A DNA stretch of 64,000 nt. Origin: Alistipes sp. GTDB lineage: Bacteria; Bacteroidota; Bacteroidia; Bacteroidales; Rikenellaceae. Shown one piece after another: positions 49,669-59,433 of this stretch. The notes under the pieces were generated by a model. That model did no database searches, had not been told where the DNA came from, and saw nothing but the letters and a program-made list of their open reading frames with translations. The stretch lies in contig JAZQSN010000079.1 in the NCBI GenBank assembly GCA_045630065.1, positions 7,119 through 71,118 of the forward strand, written 5' to 3'. The translations under genes were made by a program, and so were the position numbers. The first letter of the stretch is position 1, and the number at the start of each line of letters is the position of its first letter.

Positions 49669-50820
49669 CTATCTGAAAAAATTCTTCATTCGCTCGAAGA
49701 TATTCTGCTGCTCAACGCTCTCGGCCTCCTTGAAGTGGGGTTGCTCGGAGAGTTTCTCGACCAGCTTGCGTTCCTCGGATGTGAGCGACGAAGGGATGGT
49801 GATATCGACAACAATCAAAATATCGCCCCTACCATAGCCATTCACATCAGGCAGACCCTTGCCTCTGAGGCGCAGCACCTTGCCGGCGTGAGTACCAGCG
49901 GCAATCTTAATCTTGGCCTTGCCATCGATCGTGGGAACCTCTACCTCGCCACCGAGGATGCAGGTGGTAACAGTAAGATTGAGGTTGTGGATAAGGTCGT
50001 TACCATCACGCACCAACTCGGGGTGACGCTCCTCCTCGATCATCACGAGCAGATCGCCATTCACACCACCACGGCGTGCTGCATTACCCTTACCCTGCAC
50101 CGTAACGGCCATACCCTCGCCTACACCGGCAGGAATCTTGATCTCAACGACCTCGTCGCCACGCACAACGCCCTCGCCCGAGCACTTGTCACACTTAGCG
50201 GTGATAGTCTTACCCTCGCCACCACAAGTGGGACATACGCCCTGAGTCTGCATACGGCCAAAGAATGTATTCTCCACGCGTGTAACAACTCCCGTACCAT
50301 TACAAGTCGAGCAGGTTGAATACGACGAAGAATCCTTTGCTCCCGAGCCACCGCACTTATCACACGCTATGGTCTTGCCAATCTTGAGCTTCTTGGTTGT
50401 GCCGTTAGCAATCTCAGACAGAGTGAGTCGTACCTTCACTCTGATATCTGTACCACGGTTTACTCTACGGCCTCCACCACGTGACGAGAAACCGCCAAAG
50501 TGGCCACCGAAAATATCGCCAAACTGAGAGAAGATATCCTCCATAGAGAATCCTCCGCTGAAGCCACCGCCAAAACCGCCACCAGCAGCGCCACTCATAC
50601 CTGCGTGGCCAAACTGATCGTAACGTGCACGCTTATCCTGATTAGAGAGCACGTCGTAAGCCTCGGCAGCCTCCTTGAACTTCTCCTCGGCCTCCTTATC
50701 ACCCGGATTCTTGTCGGGGTGATACTTGATGGCCGCCTTACGATAGGCCTTCTTTATCTCATCGGCATTGGCGTTACGTTCAACGCCTAACACCTCGTAA
50801 TAATCCCTTTTTTCTGACAT
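49669..50820 (-). CDS. dnaJ: Chaperone DnaJ
   Basis: J domain with HPD, G/F region and four CxxCxGxG repeats. Confidence 0.98.
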   Translation of the reverse strand: MSEKRDYYEVLGVERNANADEIKKAYRKAAIKYHPDKNPGDKEAEEKFKEAAEAYDVLSNQDKRARYDQFGHAGMSGAAGGGFGGGFSGGFSMEDIFSQFGDIFGGHFGGFSSRGGGRRVNRGTDIRVKVRLTLSEIANGTTKKLKIGKTIACDKCGGSGAKDSSSYSTCSTCNGTGVVTRVENTFFGRMQTQGVCPTCGGEGKTITAKCDKCSGEGVVRGDEVVEIKIPAGVGEGMAVTVQGKGNAARRGGVNGDLLVMIEEERHPELVRDGNDLIHNLNLTVTTCILGGEVEVPTIDGKAKIKIAAGTHAGKVLRLRGKGLPDVNGYGRGDILIVVDITIPSSLTSEERKLVEKLSEQPHFKEAESVEQQNIFERMKNFFR

Positions 50821-50843
50821 CGTCCTTTTCTTCTAAAACATCC

Positions 50844-51467
50844 TTACTCTCCTACAACAACCTTCGCGTAACGCAAAACCTTATCGCCCAATATATAACC
50901 ACGCTGCACGACATCGATCACCTTACCCTTCTTATCCTCACCTGCGGCAAAGCGTGCCACAGCCTCGTGGAAGTCGGGATCGAACTCTTTCTCCTGAGCC
51001 TCTATCTCGGTTACGTTCTTCTGACGCAGAGCCTCCTCGAACTTCTGCAATACCAGACGCTCACCCTCGCGCAATGCGGCAATATCCTCGCTCTTATCCG
51101 ACGCCGCTACAGCACGGTACATATCGTCCAGAACCGAGAGCATCGACTTGATTACATCCTGACCACCGCTGGCTACCAGATCCATCTTCTCGCGCAGAGT
51201 GCGCTTACGATAGTTGTCGAACTCGGCCTGCAAACGCATATACTTATCACGCCATACTGCAATCACCTCCTCGGGGGTAGGCTCCTGTGCGGGCTGCGAC
51301 TCCTCGCCCTCTGCCATTGTGTCAGAGGCTGTCTGCTCGTCGTCTGCCATATTGGCGGTTGAAGGCTCATCACACGAGGTATTACCCTCGGCTACAACAA
51401 AGCCCTCCTCTTGTGTAACATCCTGATCTTTAATATTCTGCTGTGTCATATCTATATGTTTTATCAT
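50844..51467 (-). CDS. grpE: Nucleotide exchange factor GrpE
   Basis: 'RLQAEFDNYRKR', 'FDPDFHEA' and 'GYILGDKVLRYAKVVV'. Start may be 51449. Confidence 0.96.
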   Translation of the reverse strand: MIKHIDMTQQNIKDQDVTQEEGFVVAEGNTSCDEPSTANMADDEQTASDTMAEGEESQPAQEPTPEEVIAVWRDKYMRLQAEFDNYRKRTLREKMDLVASGGQDVIKSMLSVLDDMYRAVAASDKSEDIAALREGERLVLQKFEEALRQKNVTEIEAQEKEFDPDFHEAVARFAAGEDKKGKVIDVVQRGYILGDKVLRYAKVVVGE

Positions 51468-51486
51468 TATTTCTAATATCTATGGC

Positions 51487-51501
51487 GCAAATTGTATGCC
51501 C
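51487..51501 (-). promoter_or_regulatory. Candidate sigma54 (-24/-12) promoter for grpE-dnaJ
   Basis: Minus strand GGGCATACAATTTGC: GG-N10-GC spacing with TTGC at -12. Confidence 0.5.
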
Positions 51502-51505
51502 AACG

Positions 51506-52222
51506 CTAACCTATAATAAATATGGTCGGTCGTTTGGCAATATCGGGCAGACCCACTCGTCGCCACTGCGCAATCGGGAGAGAGAGGATAAACTCATCGG
51601 GCGATGTGATATCGCACGCAACCGTCAGCGTGGTCTCGGCCGCGCAGACCTGAAGCATCTGCTCCATAAGTTTTACGTTGCGGTAGGGAGCCTCGATAAA
51701 TATCTGCGATTGGTGCTCGGTGTGTGCCCTGCGCTCGAGCGCCTTGAGCGCCTTGCTTCGCTCGGGCGGTTTGACGGGCAGATAACCATTGAAGGCAAAA
51801 GACTGGCCATTGAGTCCCGATGCCATCATAGCCAATAAAATAGATGATGGACCAACCAAAGGCACTACCTTGATTCCCTTTCTATGGCACGCCGCCACAA
51901 CCAACGCACCCGGGTCGGCTACACCCGGCACACCTGCCTCCGAGATAACACCTGCCGAGCGACCTGCCAACAGAGGTTTAATCATAGCCTCGACGGCCTG
52001 TCCTGCCACGGTGTGCTCGTTGAGTTCGACAAACTCCAGCTCGTCAATCTTTCGGCTGATGCCGGCCTTCGAGAGGAAACGACGTGCCGAACGCACATTC
52101 TCGACAATGAAATAATCGAGCGAATCTATCACACGACGATTTGCCTCGGGCACGACGTCGTAAACCGCGGTCTGGTCCGAAATCGGACACGGAATCATAT
52201 ATAATACTCCCTTCTCGGCCAT
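51506..52222 (-). CDS. RsmI-like tetrapyrrole-methylase family SAM methyltransferase
   Basis: 'SEAGVPGVADPG', 'PLVGPSS', 'SGLNGQSFAFNGYLP' and 'FIEAPYRN'. Confidence 0.88.
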   Translation of the reverse strand: MAEKGVLYMIPCPISDQTAVYDVVPEANRRVIDSLDYFIVENVRSARRFLSKAGISRKIDELEFVELNEHTVAGQAVEAMIKPLLAGRSAGVISEAGVPGVADPGALVVAACHRKGIKVVPLVGPSSILLAMMASGLNGQSFAFNGYLPVKPPERSKALKALERRAHTEHQSQIFIEAPYRNVKLMEQMLQVCAAETTLTVACDITSPDEFILSLPIAQWRRVGLPDIAKRPTIFIIG

Positions 52223-54573
52223 TATTCTCTAACGTATATTCTCTTTACTCGTGCCGCAACCGAGGTCATTATCTCGTAGGAAATAGTACCCAGCACAGCG
52301 GCCATATCCTCCAATGTGTTACCCTTTGTCGAGGAGAAGATTGTAACCTCGTCGCCCTCCTTAACACCCTCGATGTCGGTAACATCAATCATACAACTAT
52401 CCATACATATACGGCCTACGGTCGGGGCCTGGTGTCCTGCCACAAGCATCGACCACTCACCGCCACTCAAGTGGCGATCCAGGCCGTCGGCATAGCCTAC
52501 GGGGATGGTTGCAATAATACTATCGCGCTCCAAGCGTTGGCTACGACCATAGCCAATGGCTTCGCCTGCTGCACGACGACGCAACTGCACGATGCGCGTC
52601 TTCAATGTAGCCACAGGGTGCAACTCTTCGTTAGGCTGGAAACCGTAGCCATAAAGGCCCAGCCCCAAACGGCACATATCAAAACGCGCCTCGGGGAATC
52701 GCTCGATAGCAGCCGAATTGGCCGTATGGCGTATCACATCGTAAGGCAGAGCATTGGCAATCTGACCACTCATCCTGTCGAACAGAGCAATCTGCTCACG
52801 TGTAAAATCATCCTGCGTAGGATCATCAGCACACGAGAGGTGGGCAAAAATACTCGCCACACGCACCGCGCGACTCTCCTTAACCTTGGCAATCAGCTCC
52901 TCCACTTCGTCCAGAACAAAACCCAAACGGTGCATACCCGTATCGAGTTTGAGGTGTATGGGGTAGCCAAAGGCACCATAACGCTCTACGCTACGCACAA
53001 AATCCTCCAGCGAATGGAAACTATATATCTCGGGCTCAAGCGAGTGAACCACCATATTATCGAAACTATCGGCATCGGCATTAAGCACCACGATAGGCAT
53101 CGTAACACCCTTCTCGCGCAACACCACACCCTCGTCGGCATAGGCTACGGCCAGATAGGTAACACCCAATCGTTGCATAAGCTGCGCCACCTCAACATCA
53201 CCCGCACCATAGCTATGAGCCTTGACCATAGCCATCAGGCGGTGGTTCATCGGCAGGAAACTGCGGAAATAACCCACATTATGGGTCATAGCGTCGAGGT
53301 TAACCTCCAGCACAGTAGTATGGCTGCGACGCTCCAACTGATGACACAGATTCTCGAAACGATAGTTGCGATTGCCCTTCACCAATATGGTGCGGCCCTC
53401 GATATCCTCGTGCGTAAGCGAACGCATCATCTCCTCGGTGGTGGAGTAGAAACGTGTCGAACAGTGAAACTTATCAGCATAGAGTTTAATTCGCTCGCCA
53501 ACTCCCATAAGCGAACTTACCTGTGCTCGCTCGACCATATACGCTACGCTATCGTAGAGTTCCTGCTCCGACATACCACTCTGCTCGATATCCGAAATGA
53601 CCAGCAACGTGGGCGCTGTATGAGCCTCCTGACGCAACATATCAAGAGCCAGAGCCAGCGAATTTATATCGGAGTTATACGAATCGTTTATTATTGTTGA
53701 GCCATAGACACCCTCCTTAACCTCCAAGCGCATAGCCACATCGCTCACCGATTCCAGACAACAATCGTATCCAAGCTCTCGGCAGAGGCACTTCACTATT
53801 TGGCTATTCACACGTTTTACCTCGTTGCCCTGGGGCAGGTTAGCGACCTGCTCATGGACTGCATCAACTCTCTCAATGTCAAGCGAAGTGATAGCCTTCG
53901 ACACTGAAGCATAATCCGAGTGGAAAATCAACTTCTTGGCACGACGTGCAAGCAGGAGTTTCTGCCCTACTTTCTGCTCAATGCTCTCGAAATTGGCCTG
54001 ATGGGCATCGCCAATTGAGGTAATGACCACCACATCGGGACGAATCATCTGCTCCAAGCGCTCCATCTCGCCCATCTCCGATATTCCAGCCTCGATGAGT
54101 GCTACATCCTCGTCGCCCTGAATCATCAACAACGACAAAGCCACACCGAGCTGCGAGTTATAACTCATCGGCGAGGCAATAAGTTTCACCTGCGAGGGCA
54201 GAGCACGTGCCGTCCACTCCTTGACCATAGTCTTACCATTCGAACCTGTGATACCCACCACCGTGCCCTTGAATGAAGAACGGTGTGCTGCAGCCAAAGA
54301 TTGCAGAGCCTGCAACGAATTTTTTACATACACATAGCCCGCATCGGCTGCCTCCACAACAGGTTGCTCGACAAGAAAGGCTCTAACGCCTGTGCGATAC
54401 ATATCGGATATGTAGTTATGCGAGTCGTGATTCATACCTCGCATAGCCACAAACATAGCCCCCGCGCCAAAGGCACAACGACGCGAGTCGGTGACCACAT
54501 CACCCACCATTACATCACATCCGTGCAGCTCACCGCCACACATACGCGCTATGTCCGACAATAAGTATCTCAT
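52222..54573 (-). CDS. alr: Bifunctional MurF-like ligase / alanine racemase
   Basis: Mur-ligase P-loop 'GITGSNGKT' and 'INDSYN'; racemase 'MVKAHSYG' (PLP Lys), 'KLDTGMHRLG', 'IGYG' and 'GRICMD'. Confidence 0.94.
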   Translation of the reverse strand: MRYLLSDIARMCGGELHGCDVMVGDVVTDSRRCAFGAGAMFVAMRGMNHDSHNYISDMYRTGVRAFLVEQPVVEAADAGYVYVKNSLQALQSLAAAHRSSFKGTVVGITGSNGKTMVKEWTARALPSQVKLIASPMSYNSQLGVALSLLMIQGDEDVALIEAGISEMGEMERLEQMIRPDVVVITSIGDAHQANFESIEQKVGQKLLLARRAKKLIFHSDYASVSKAITSLDIERVDAVHEQVANLPQGNEVKRVNSQIVKCLCRELGYDCCLESVSDVAMRLEVKEGVYGSTIINDSYNSDINSLALALDMLRQEAHTAPTLLVISDIEQSGMSEQELYDSVAYMVERAQVSSLMGVGERIKLYADKFHCSTRFYSTTEEMMRSLTHEDIEGRTILVKGNRNYRFENLCHQLERRSHTTVLEVNLDAMTHNVGYFRSFLPMNHRLMAMVKAHSYGAGDVEVAQLMQRLGVTYLAVAYADEGVVLREKGVTMPIVVLNADADSFDNMVVHSLEPEIYSFHSLEDFVRSVERYGAFGYPIHLKLDTGMHRLGFVLDEVEELIAKVKESRAVRVASIFAHLSCADDPTQDDFTREQIALFDRMSGQIANALPYDVIRHTANSAAIERFPEARFDMCRLGLGLYGYGFQPNEELHPVATLKTRIVQLRRRAAGEAIGYGRSQRLERDSIIATIPVGYADGLDRHLSGGEWSMLVAGHQAPTVGRICMDSCMIDVTDIEGVKEGDEVTIFSSTKGNTLEDMAAVLGTISYEIMTSVAARVKRIYVRE

Positions 54574-54577
54574 CTAT

Positions 54578-57073
54578 TTAGTTTGTATGAAATCTCACAA
54601 CTGTAATACCTGCACCACCCCTATCGGCATGCTCATCAGTAGCCGAGGCCACCTCCGAAATCGAACGCAGATAACGGCGTATCTCCTCCTTCAGGGCTCC
54701 CGTGCCCTTACCGTGCAGGATGGTTACACCACCTACACCCACCATCAGGGCATCGTCAATCAAATCCTGCACCACCTCCAAGGCCTCCGATGCACGCATA
54801 CCTCGCACATCGACGCTATCGCGGAAGTTAAGCTTACGGCTTGATATATCGACCGAAAGTATGGTGCGAGGCATAACAGGCTTCACGGCCTTCTTATACT
54901 CGGCATTTGACACTACGACAAGTTTCTCGCAATCGACCGTAGTGAGTATCTGGCCAAAGGCTACCTGCGCCTTGCGACCCTTGATGCTCTGCACAACACC
55001 AGGCATCTCCTGGCCTGCGATGCGTACCTTAGAACCAACCTCAATGGGCTTGGGTGCCGGTACTGCCTCAGCGGGCTTCTCCACGGGTGCCTGGCCACGA
55101 CGCTTCTTATCCTCCTCGCGACGTGCCTTGCGACGCATCAAGCGCTCCATCTCACGCTCAACCTTCTCGCCATCGAACGACGAGCCTACGCTATCGACAA
55201 CCTCCTTGAACTCCTCCAACTCACGACGAGCCAGACGGGTGAGCTCCTTCTCGGCCTGTGCCTCCTTGATGGTACGGATAGTATTCTCAATCTGGCGGTT
55301 AGCATCGGCAATAAGTCGCTGCGCTTCCTCCTTGGCACTACGCAAAATCTCCTTGCGCTCCTCCTTGATGCGGGCAAGTTGCTCGGTGTAGCTCGACTCC
55401 AACTCCTCAACCTTGCGGTCGGTAAGACGTATGCGGTCACGCTTCTGTGACCAATAACGCCTATCGCGGGCAATTTCGCGCAACTGACGCTCAAGATTGA
55501 TATGATCGCTACCCGCTTTGTCACTAGCTGTGCGGATAATATCCTCGGGCAGACCTATCTTGCGTGCTATTTCAACGGCAAACGAACTACCCGGTTTGCC
55601 CTGCTCAAGCTTAAAGAGCGGGCGTATGTTCTGCACATCGAACATCATAGCGCCATTGGCTATGCCGTCGGTACCCGTAGCATAGTATTTGATATTTGAG
55701 TAGTGCGTAGTAATCACTCCGTAACAACCCTTCTCCAGCAAACGCTCCAATATAGCCTCGGCAATAGCACCACCTATGACGGGCTCGGTACCCGAACCAA
55801 ACTCATCGATGAGCACCATCGTACGAGGAGAGGCCGACTGCAGCGTGGCCTTCATATTGAGCAGGTGCGATGAGTAGGTTGAAAGGTCGTTATCCATCGA
55901 CTGCTCGTCACCAATATCCAGGCAGATACTCTCGAAGATGGGCAACTCGCTCATCTCGCCCGCCGTAACGGGGAAACCGCACTGGAACATATATTGCACC
56001 ATACCCGTAGTCTTCAGGCAGACCGACTTACCGCCGGCATTAGGACCTGAAATGACGAGTATATGTTTCTCTCTATCGAGCTGCATATCCAGAGGAATGA
56101 GCTCCTTCTTTTCGCGCTTTAGAGTCTGCGCCAACAGCGGATGGAAGGCGTGGCGTAAGACCAAACGATCGTCGAGCGATACGATGGGCTTACCTGCGCC
56201 ATTCTCAATAGCCCAACGAGCCTTAGCTCGCACGGCATCCATCTCGGCTAGGTATTCACCAGCCGATGCGATAGGCTCGGCATCGGGGCGCAACTCCTCG
56301 GTAAACTCGGTCAAAAGGCGCACTATCTCGCGACGCTCGGCATACTCCAGCTCACGCAGCTGGTTATTGAGCTCCACAATCTCGACAGGCTCGATATAGA
56401 AGGTCTTACCCGTAGCCGACTCGTCGTGAATAAATCCGTTAAGCTTACGCTTATTACCTGCCGACACAGGGATAACGGCACGACCATCGCGCATCGAGAC
56501 AATGGCATCGGCATCTACAATGCCTGCACGCTTGGCGTTATTAAGCACCTGATTAAGGCGCTTGGTCACCTGCCCCTCGTGCTCGCGAATTGAGCGACGG
56601 ATAGCAACCAATTCGGGTGAGGCACCATCGCGAATCTCGCCATCTTCATCGACGAGCTGATTTATGCGACGCACCACATCGGGGAAGATGCAGACACTCT
56701 CGCTGCGTTTACGCAGGCGAGGATACGAGCTCTCCGAGCGGCTCATAACAAAGCCAACCATATTTCCCACTGCGGTGAGTGCACGACGCAACGTAACGAC
56801 CTCCTCGGTCGTTAGGAACGTGCCCTCGACACCGATCTTGGCCATCACAGCCTCCATATCGGGAAACTCATCGCGTGGAGCATCGGGGTCGAGCATCATC
56901 AGCGTGCGCATCTCGTCAGCAATCTCCTGCTTGCGCTCAATCTCAGAGCGCGAGGAAGAGAACTTTTCGCCGGCAATAATCTCGCGCGCAACCTGCATCG
57001 AACAGAGCGATGCAACCTGCTCACGCACACGATCGAAGCCTATCTTCTGCTCAAAATTAACGGGATATATCAT
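54578..57073 (-). CDS. mutS2: MutS2 family ATPase with Smr domain
   Basis: 'ISGPNAGGKS', 'LSTYSSH', 'DEFGSGTEP' and 'TTHY'; coiled coil; Smr 'ILHGKGTGAL'. Confidence 0.94.
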   Translation of the reverse strand: MIYPVNFEQKIGFDRVREQVASLCSMQVAREIIAGEKFSSSRSEIERKQEIADEMRTLMMLDPDAPRDEFPDMEAVMAKIGVEGTFLTTEEVVTLRRALTAVGNMVGFVMSRSESSYPRLRKRSESVCIFPDVVRRINQLVDEDGEIRDGASPELVAIRRSIREHEGQVTKRLNQVLNNAKRAGIVDADAIVSMRDGRAVIPVSAGNKRKLNGFIHDESATGKTFYIEPVEIVELNNQLRELEYAERREIVRLLTEFTEELRPDAEPIASAGEYLAEMDAVRAKARWAIENGAGKPIVSLDDRLVLRHAFHPLLAQTLKREKKELIPLDMQLDREKHILVISGPNAGGKSVCLKTTGMVQYMFQCGFPVTAGEMSELPIFESICLDIGDEQSMDNDLSTYSSHLLNMKATLQSASPRTMVLIDEFGSGTEPVIGGAIAEAILERLLEKGCYGVITTHYSNIKYYATGTDGIANGAMMFDVQNIRPLFKLEQGKPGSSFAVEIARKIGLPEDIIRTASDKAGSDHINLERQLREIARDRRYWSQKRDRIRLTDRKVEELESSYTEQLARIKEERKEILRSAKEEAQRLIADANRQIENTIRTIKEAQAEKELTRLARRELEEFKEVVDSVGSSFDGEKVEREMERLMRRKARREEDKKRRGQAPVEKPAEAVPAPKPIEVGSKVRIAGQEMPGVVQSIKGRKAQVAFGQILTTVDCEKLVVVSNAEYKKAVKPVMPRTILSVDISSRKLNFRDSVDVRGMRASEALEVVQDLIDDALMVGVGGVTILHGKGTGALKEEIRRYLRSISEVASATDEHADRGGAGITVVRFHTN

Positions 57074-57088
57074 CTCTTCACTCCCGTT

Positions 57089-58123
57089 TTAGTTTGCACC
57101 ATTCAACTCCTTCATCTGCTGTTCGTGCTCCTTCTCGGCCAACTCGTCGGCACGCTTTATGGCGTTCTTCTCGGCCTTGGCACGAGCCTTCTCAACCTTT
57201 TTGGTAGGGTTGGCTCCAAACACAGATATGTTGATATAGCGGTGAGGGTTCTCCTTCAAGTCCTCGAGCAGTGTCGAGAGATTATCGCTTGCTGCGGTGA
57301 GGTTGTCGTACAAATCACCATCGTTGAATAGCTTACCGATGCTGCCATCGTTCTGCTCTACGGCACTCAAAATCTCCTTCAAGTGGCTCACTACACCCTC
57401 CAACTCGCTAGCCAGATTAGCATTGGCAAGCTCTGCCGAGAAGTTGTTCATATTCTCGATAATGCCACCAATCTGCTCGGAGTTATCGCCAAGACTCTGC
57501 GAGAACTTCGACAACGACTCCAAAGCGCTCTCCAAATGAGCACGCTCCTTAACAAGCAGGGCATTTACGTTACCCGTTACGCCATCGACATTCTTCACGA
57601 TGCTCGACAGGTGCTCGGTATTCTCACCCAAAAGGGTATTCACACTCTCAAGGGTCTGAGCCAAGCCGTCGACCAAAGTGGATATCTTCTCGTTGAGGAA
57701 ATCAATCTCAGAGGTTGCCATCTCAAAGAGGTCGGTACTTACGGCTGCCTCGATAGTGCCATTCTTGGGAATAATCTCGGACGATGTACCGTAGAGAATC
57801 TCGATAGCCTTGCCACCCATAATACCATCGTTGAAGATACGAGCCTTTGAATCTGCGGGAATCTTGTAACGCTTGTTTACAGTAAACTCCACCTGAACGC
57901 CCTTTGCAGGATCAGTATCGAGCGTAACGCTTGACACTGTACCCACATTCACACCGTAAATCATAACGTGCGCAGCGGGCTGAATGCCACCCACCTGCTG
58001 ATAGTAAGCATAGTAGGTATAGCTGTTGCTGAAAATCTCAGCACCCTTCAACAATCGAATAACGCCCCAGCCTACAAGCAAGACCAGAACGGCAAATAAT
58101 CCAACTTTGACTTCTCTTTTCAT
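57089..58123 (-). CDS. MlaD/MCE family protein
   Basis: N-terminal TM 'EVKVGLF', MCE domain and long coiled coil with 'GSIGKL' and 'DLKENPHRY'. Confidence 0.88.
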   Translation of the reverse strand: MKREVKVGLFAVLVLLVGWGVIRLLKGAEIFSNSYTYYAYYQQVGGIQPAAHVMIYGVNVGTVSSVTLDTDPAKGVQVEFTVNKRYKIPADSKARIFNDGIMGGKAIEILYGTSSEIIPKNGTIEAAVSTDLFEMATSEIDFLNEKISTLVDGLAQTLESVNTLLGENTEHLSSIVKNVDGVTGNVNALLVKERAHLESALESLSKFSQSLGDNSEQIGGIIENMNNFSAELANANLASELEGVVSHLKEILSAVEQNDGSIGKLFNDGDLYDNLTAASDNLSTLLEDLKENPHRYINISVFGANPTKKVEKARAKAEKNAIKRADELAEKEHEQQMKELNGAN

Positions 58124-58142
58124 ATGGTTCTCTTTTTATTTT

Positions 58143-59291
58143 CTACTTCACAATGGCGCCATTGCTGTATCGCACAACAAAGGCATCCTTGAATGATTTT
58201 CTCACCGCAGCCAAGTTACGCTGGGCCTGCTCGCGAGTTTCAAAATTACCGTAGCAGTATTTGTATTTCAGCACGCCACTACCCTCGTAACACTCCACCT
58301 TCGAGCGATACTCCTTGAACTGCTTATCGCTGCTCTTAATCTTCTTATCCGAAGCCAGCAACTGTATGGCATAACCACTCTTGCTCTTCGGCTCGGCAGA
58401 TGACATCGTGCTCTTAGTTGCGGGGCTCTGCGCAGGCTCCTGTTTGGGCGCCTCGACATTTGCCACGGCTGCGGGGGCAGCACCCTGCTCGGCTACGCCA
58501 CCCGACAGACGGTTGATGTGTCCGACATACTCCTTGACGGCATCGCACAACATCCGTGCGTAGGCGTTTTGTCCCTTCTCAGAGTTCATATAGGCAAGTT
58601 CGCTCTTGTTGGACATAAAACCCAACTCGGTGAGCACGCTCGGCATATCGGTAGCATACAACACCTTGAGTAGTTGTCGCTTGACCGAACGCACCGCACG
58701 GCCTCCCTTCTGATAGTGAGACTGCATTATTCGAGCCATCATCTCGCTATACTCACCATAGGTGAACTGCAGATTCTGGATGTAGGCTCGCACCATTGCG
58801 GCAGTATTCTCGTCCGACATATCAATCAACTCCTCCTTGTTGTTGTCGTACAATGCACTCTCGTTGTAGCGTGTCTCCTTCTCGCTCTCACCCATAATGA
58901 TGGTCTCGGCTCCCTGCACCGACGTAGCCTTGGGGGCCGCATTGGCGTGAATTGAGATAAAGAAGTCGCCACCAGCCTTATTGGCTATATCGGCTCGGGC
59001 TGTAAGGTCCTCGTTCAGGCTCTTGCCCAATGCCTTGTCGGTGGTGCGGGTATATACAACCTTGACGGAGGGTAGCTCGCGTTCGATCAGTGCGCCAAGC
59101 TTCAACGCAACGGCCAAATTGATATCCTTCTCCTTGACACCTCCATACACTGCACCGGGAAATGCACTACCACCGTGACCGGCGTCAATGACAATAATAC
59201 GCACACCTGCCCCAGCGTTTTGGGCAGATGCGGGCACAAGTGCAAGCACCAAAAAGACAAATATCAGCACACAACCGACTACACGTTTCAT
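58143..59291 (-). CDS. N-acetylmuramoyl-L-alanine amidase (Amidase_3) with SPOR-like C-terminus
   Basis: 'IDAGHGG', 'EKDINL', 'SIHANA' and 'VLTELGF'; Ala/Pro linker; 'FKDAFVV'. Confidence 0.92.
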   Translation of the reverse strand: MKRVVGCVLIFVFLVLALVPASAQNAGAGVRIIVIDAGHGGSAFPGAVYGGVKEKDINLAVALKLGALIERELPSVKVVYTRTTDKALGKSLNEDLTARADIANKAGGDFFISIHANAAPKATSVQGAETIIMGESEKETRYNESALYDNNKEELIDMSDENTAAMVRAYIQNLQFTYGEYSEMMARIMQSHYQKGGRAVRSVKRQLLKVLYATDMPSVLTELGFMSNKSELAYMNSEKGQNAYARMLCDAVKEYVGHINRLSGGVAEQGAAPAAVANVEAPKQEPAQSPATKSTMSSAEPKSKSGYAIQLLASDKKIKSSDKQFKEYRSKVECYEGSGVLKYKYCYGNFETREQAQRNLAAVRKSFKDAFVVRYSNGAIVK

Positions 59292-59334
59292 ACAAAAACT
59301 GTCGAATAATTAGCGGTAATAGACAAAAAAACGC

Positions 59335-59342
59335 TATATTTG
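59335..59342 (+). promoter_or_regulatory. -7 promoter element for lptD
   Basis: TATATTTG on the plus strand. Confidence 0.5.
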
Positions 59343-59407
59343 TCGGTTAAAACTTTGCTACAAAGCTCTTTAAGAGTCCTGTTTGAGCGGTTTTGCCGAC
59401 TTGTCGG

Positions 59408-59415
59408 CAAAGTTA
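59408..59415 (-). promoter_or_regulatory. -7 promoter element for the amidase-mlaD-mutS2 operon
   Basis: TAACTTTG on the minus strand. Confidence 0.5.
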
Positions 59416-59433
59416 CGAAAAAATATTGAAATT

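Noticed and set aside
52141-53700. 519-aa ORF on the + strand
   Set aside because: It lies essentially antisense to the murF-like/alr gene, has no recognisable motifs and has the His/Arg/Ile-rich composition of a shadow frame.
52222-54573. MurF-like/Alr fusion as a novelty
   Set aside because: This fusion is well known and widespread in Bacteroidota.
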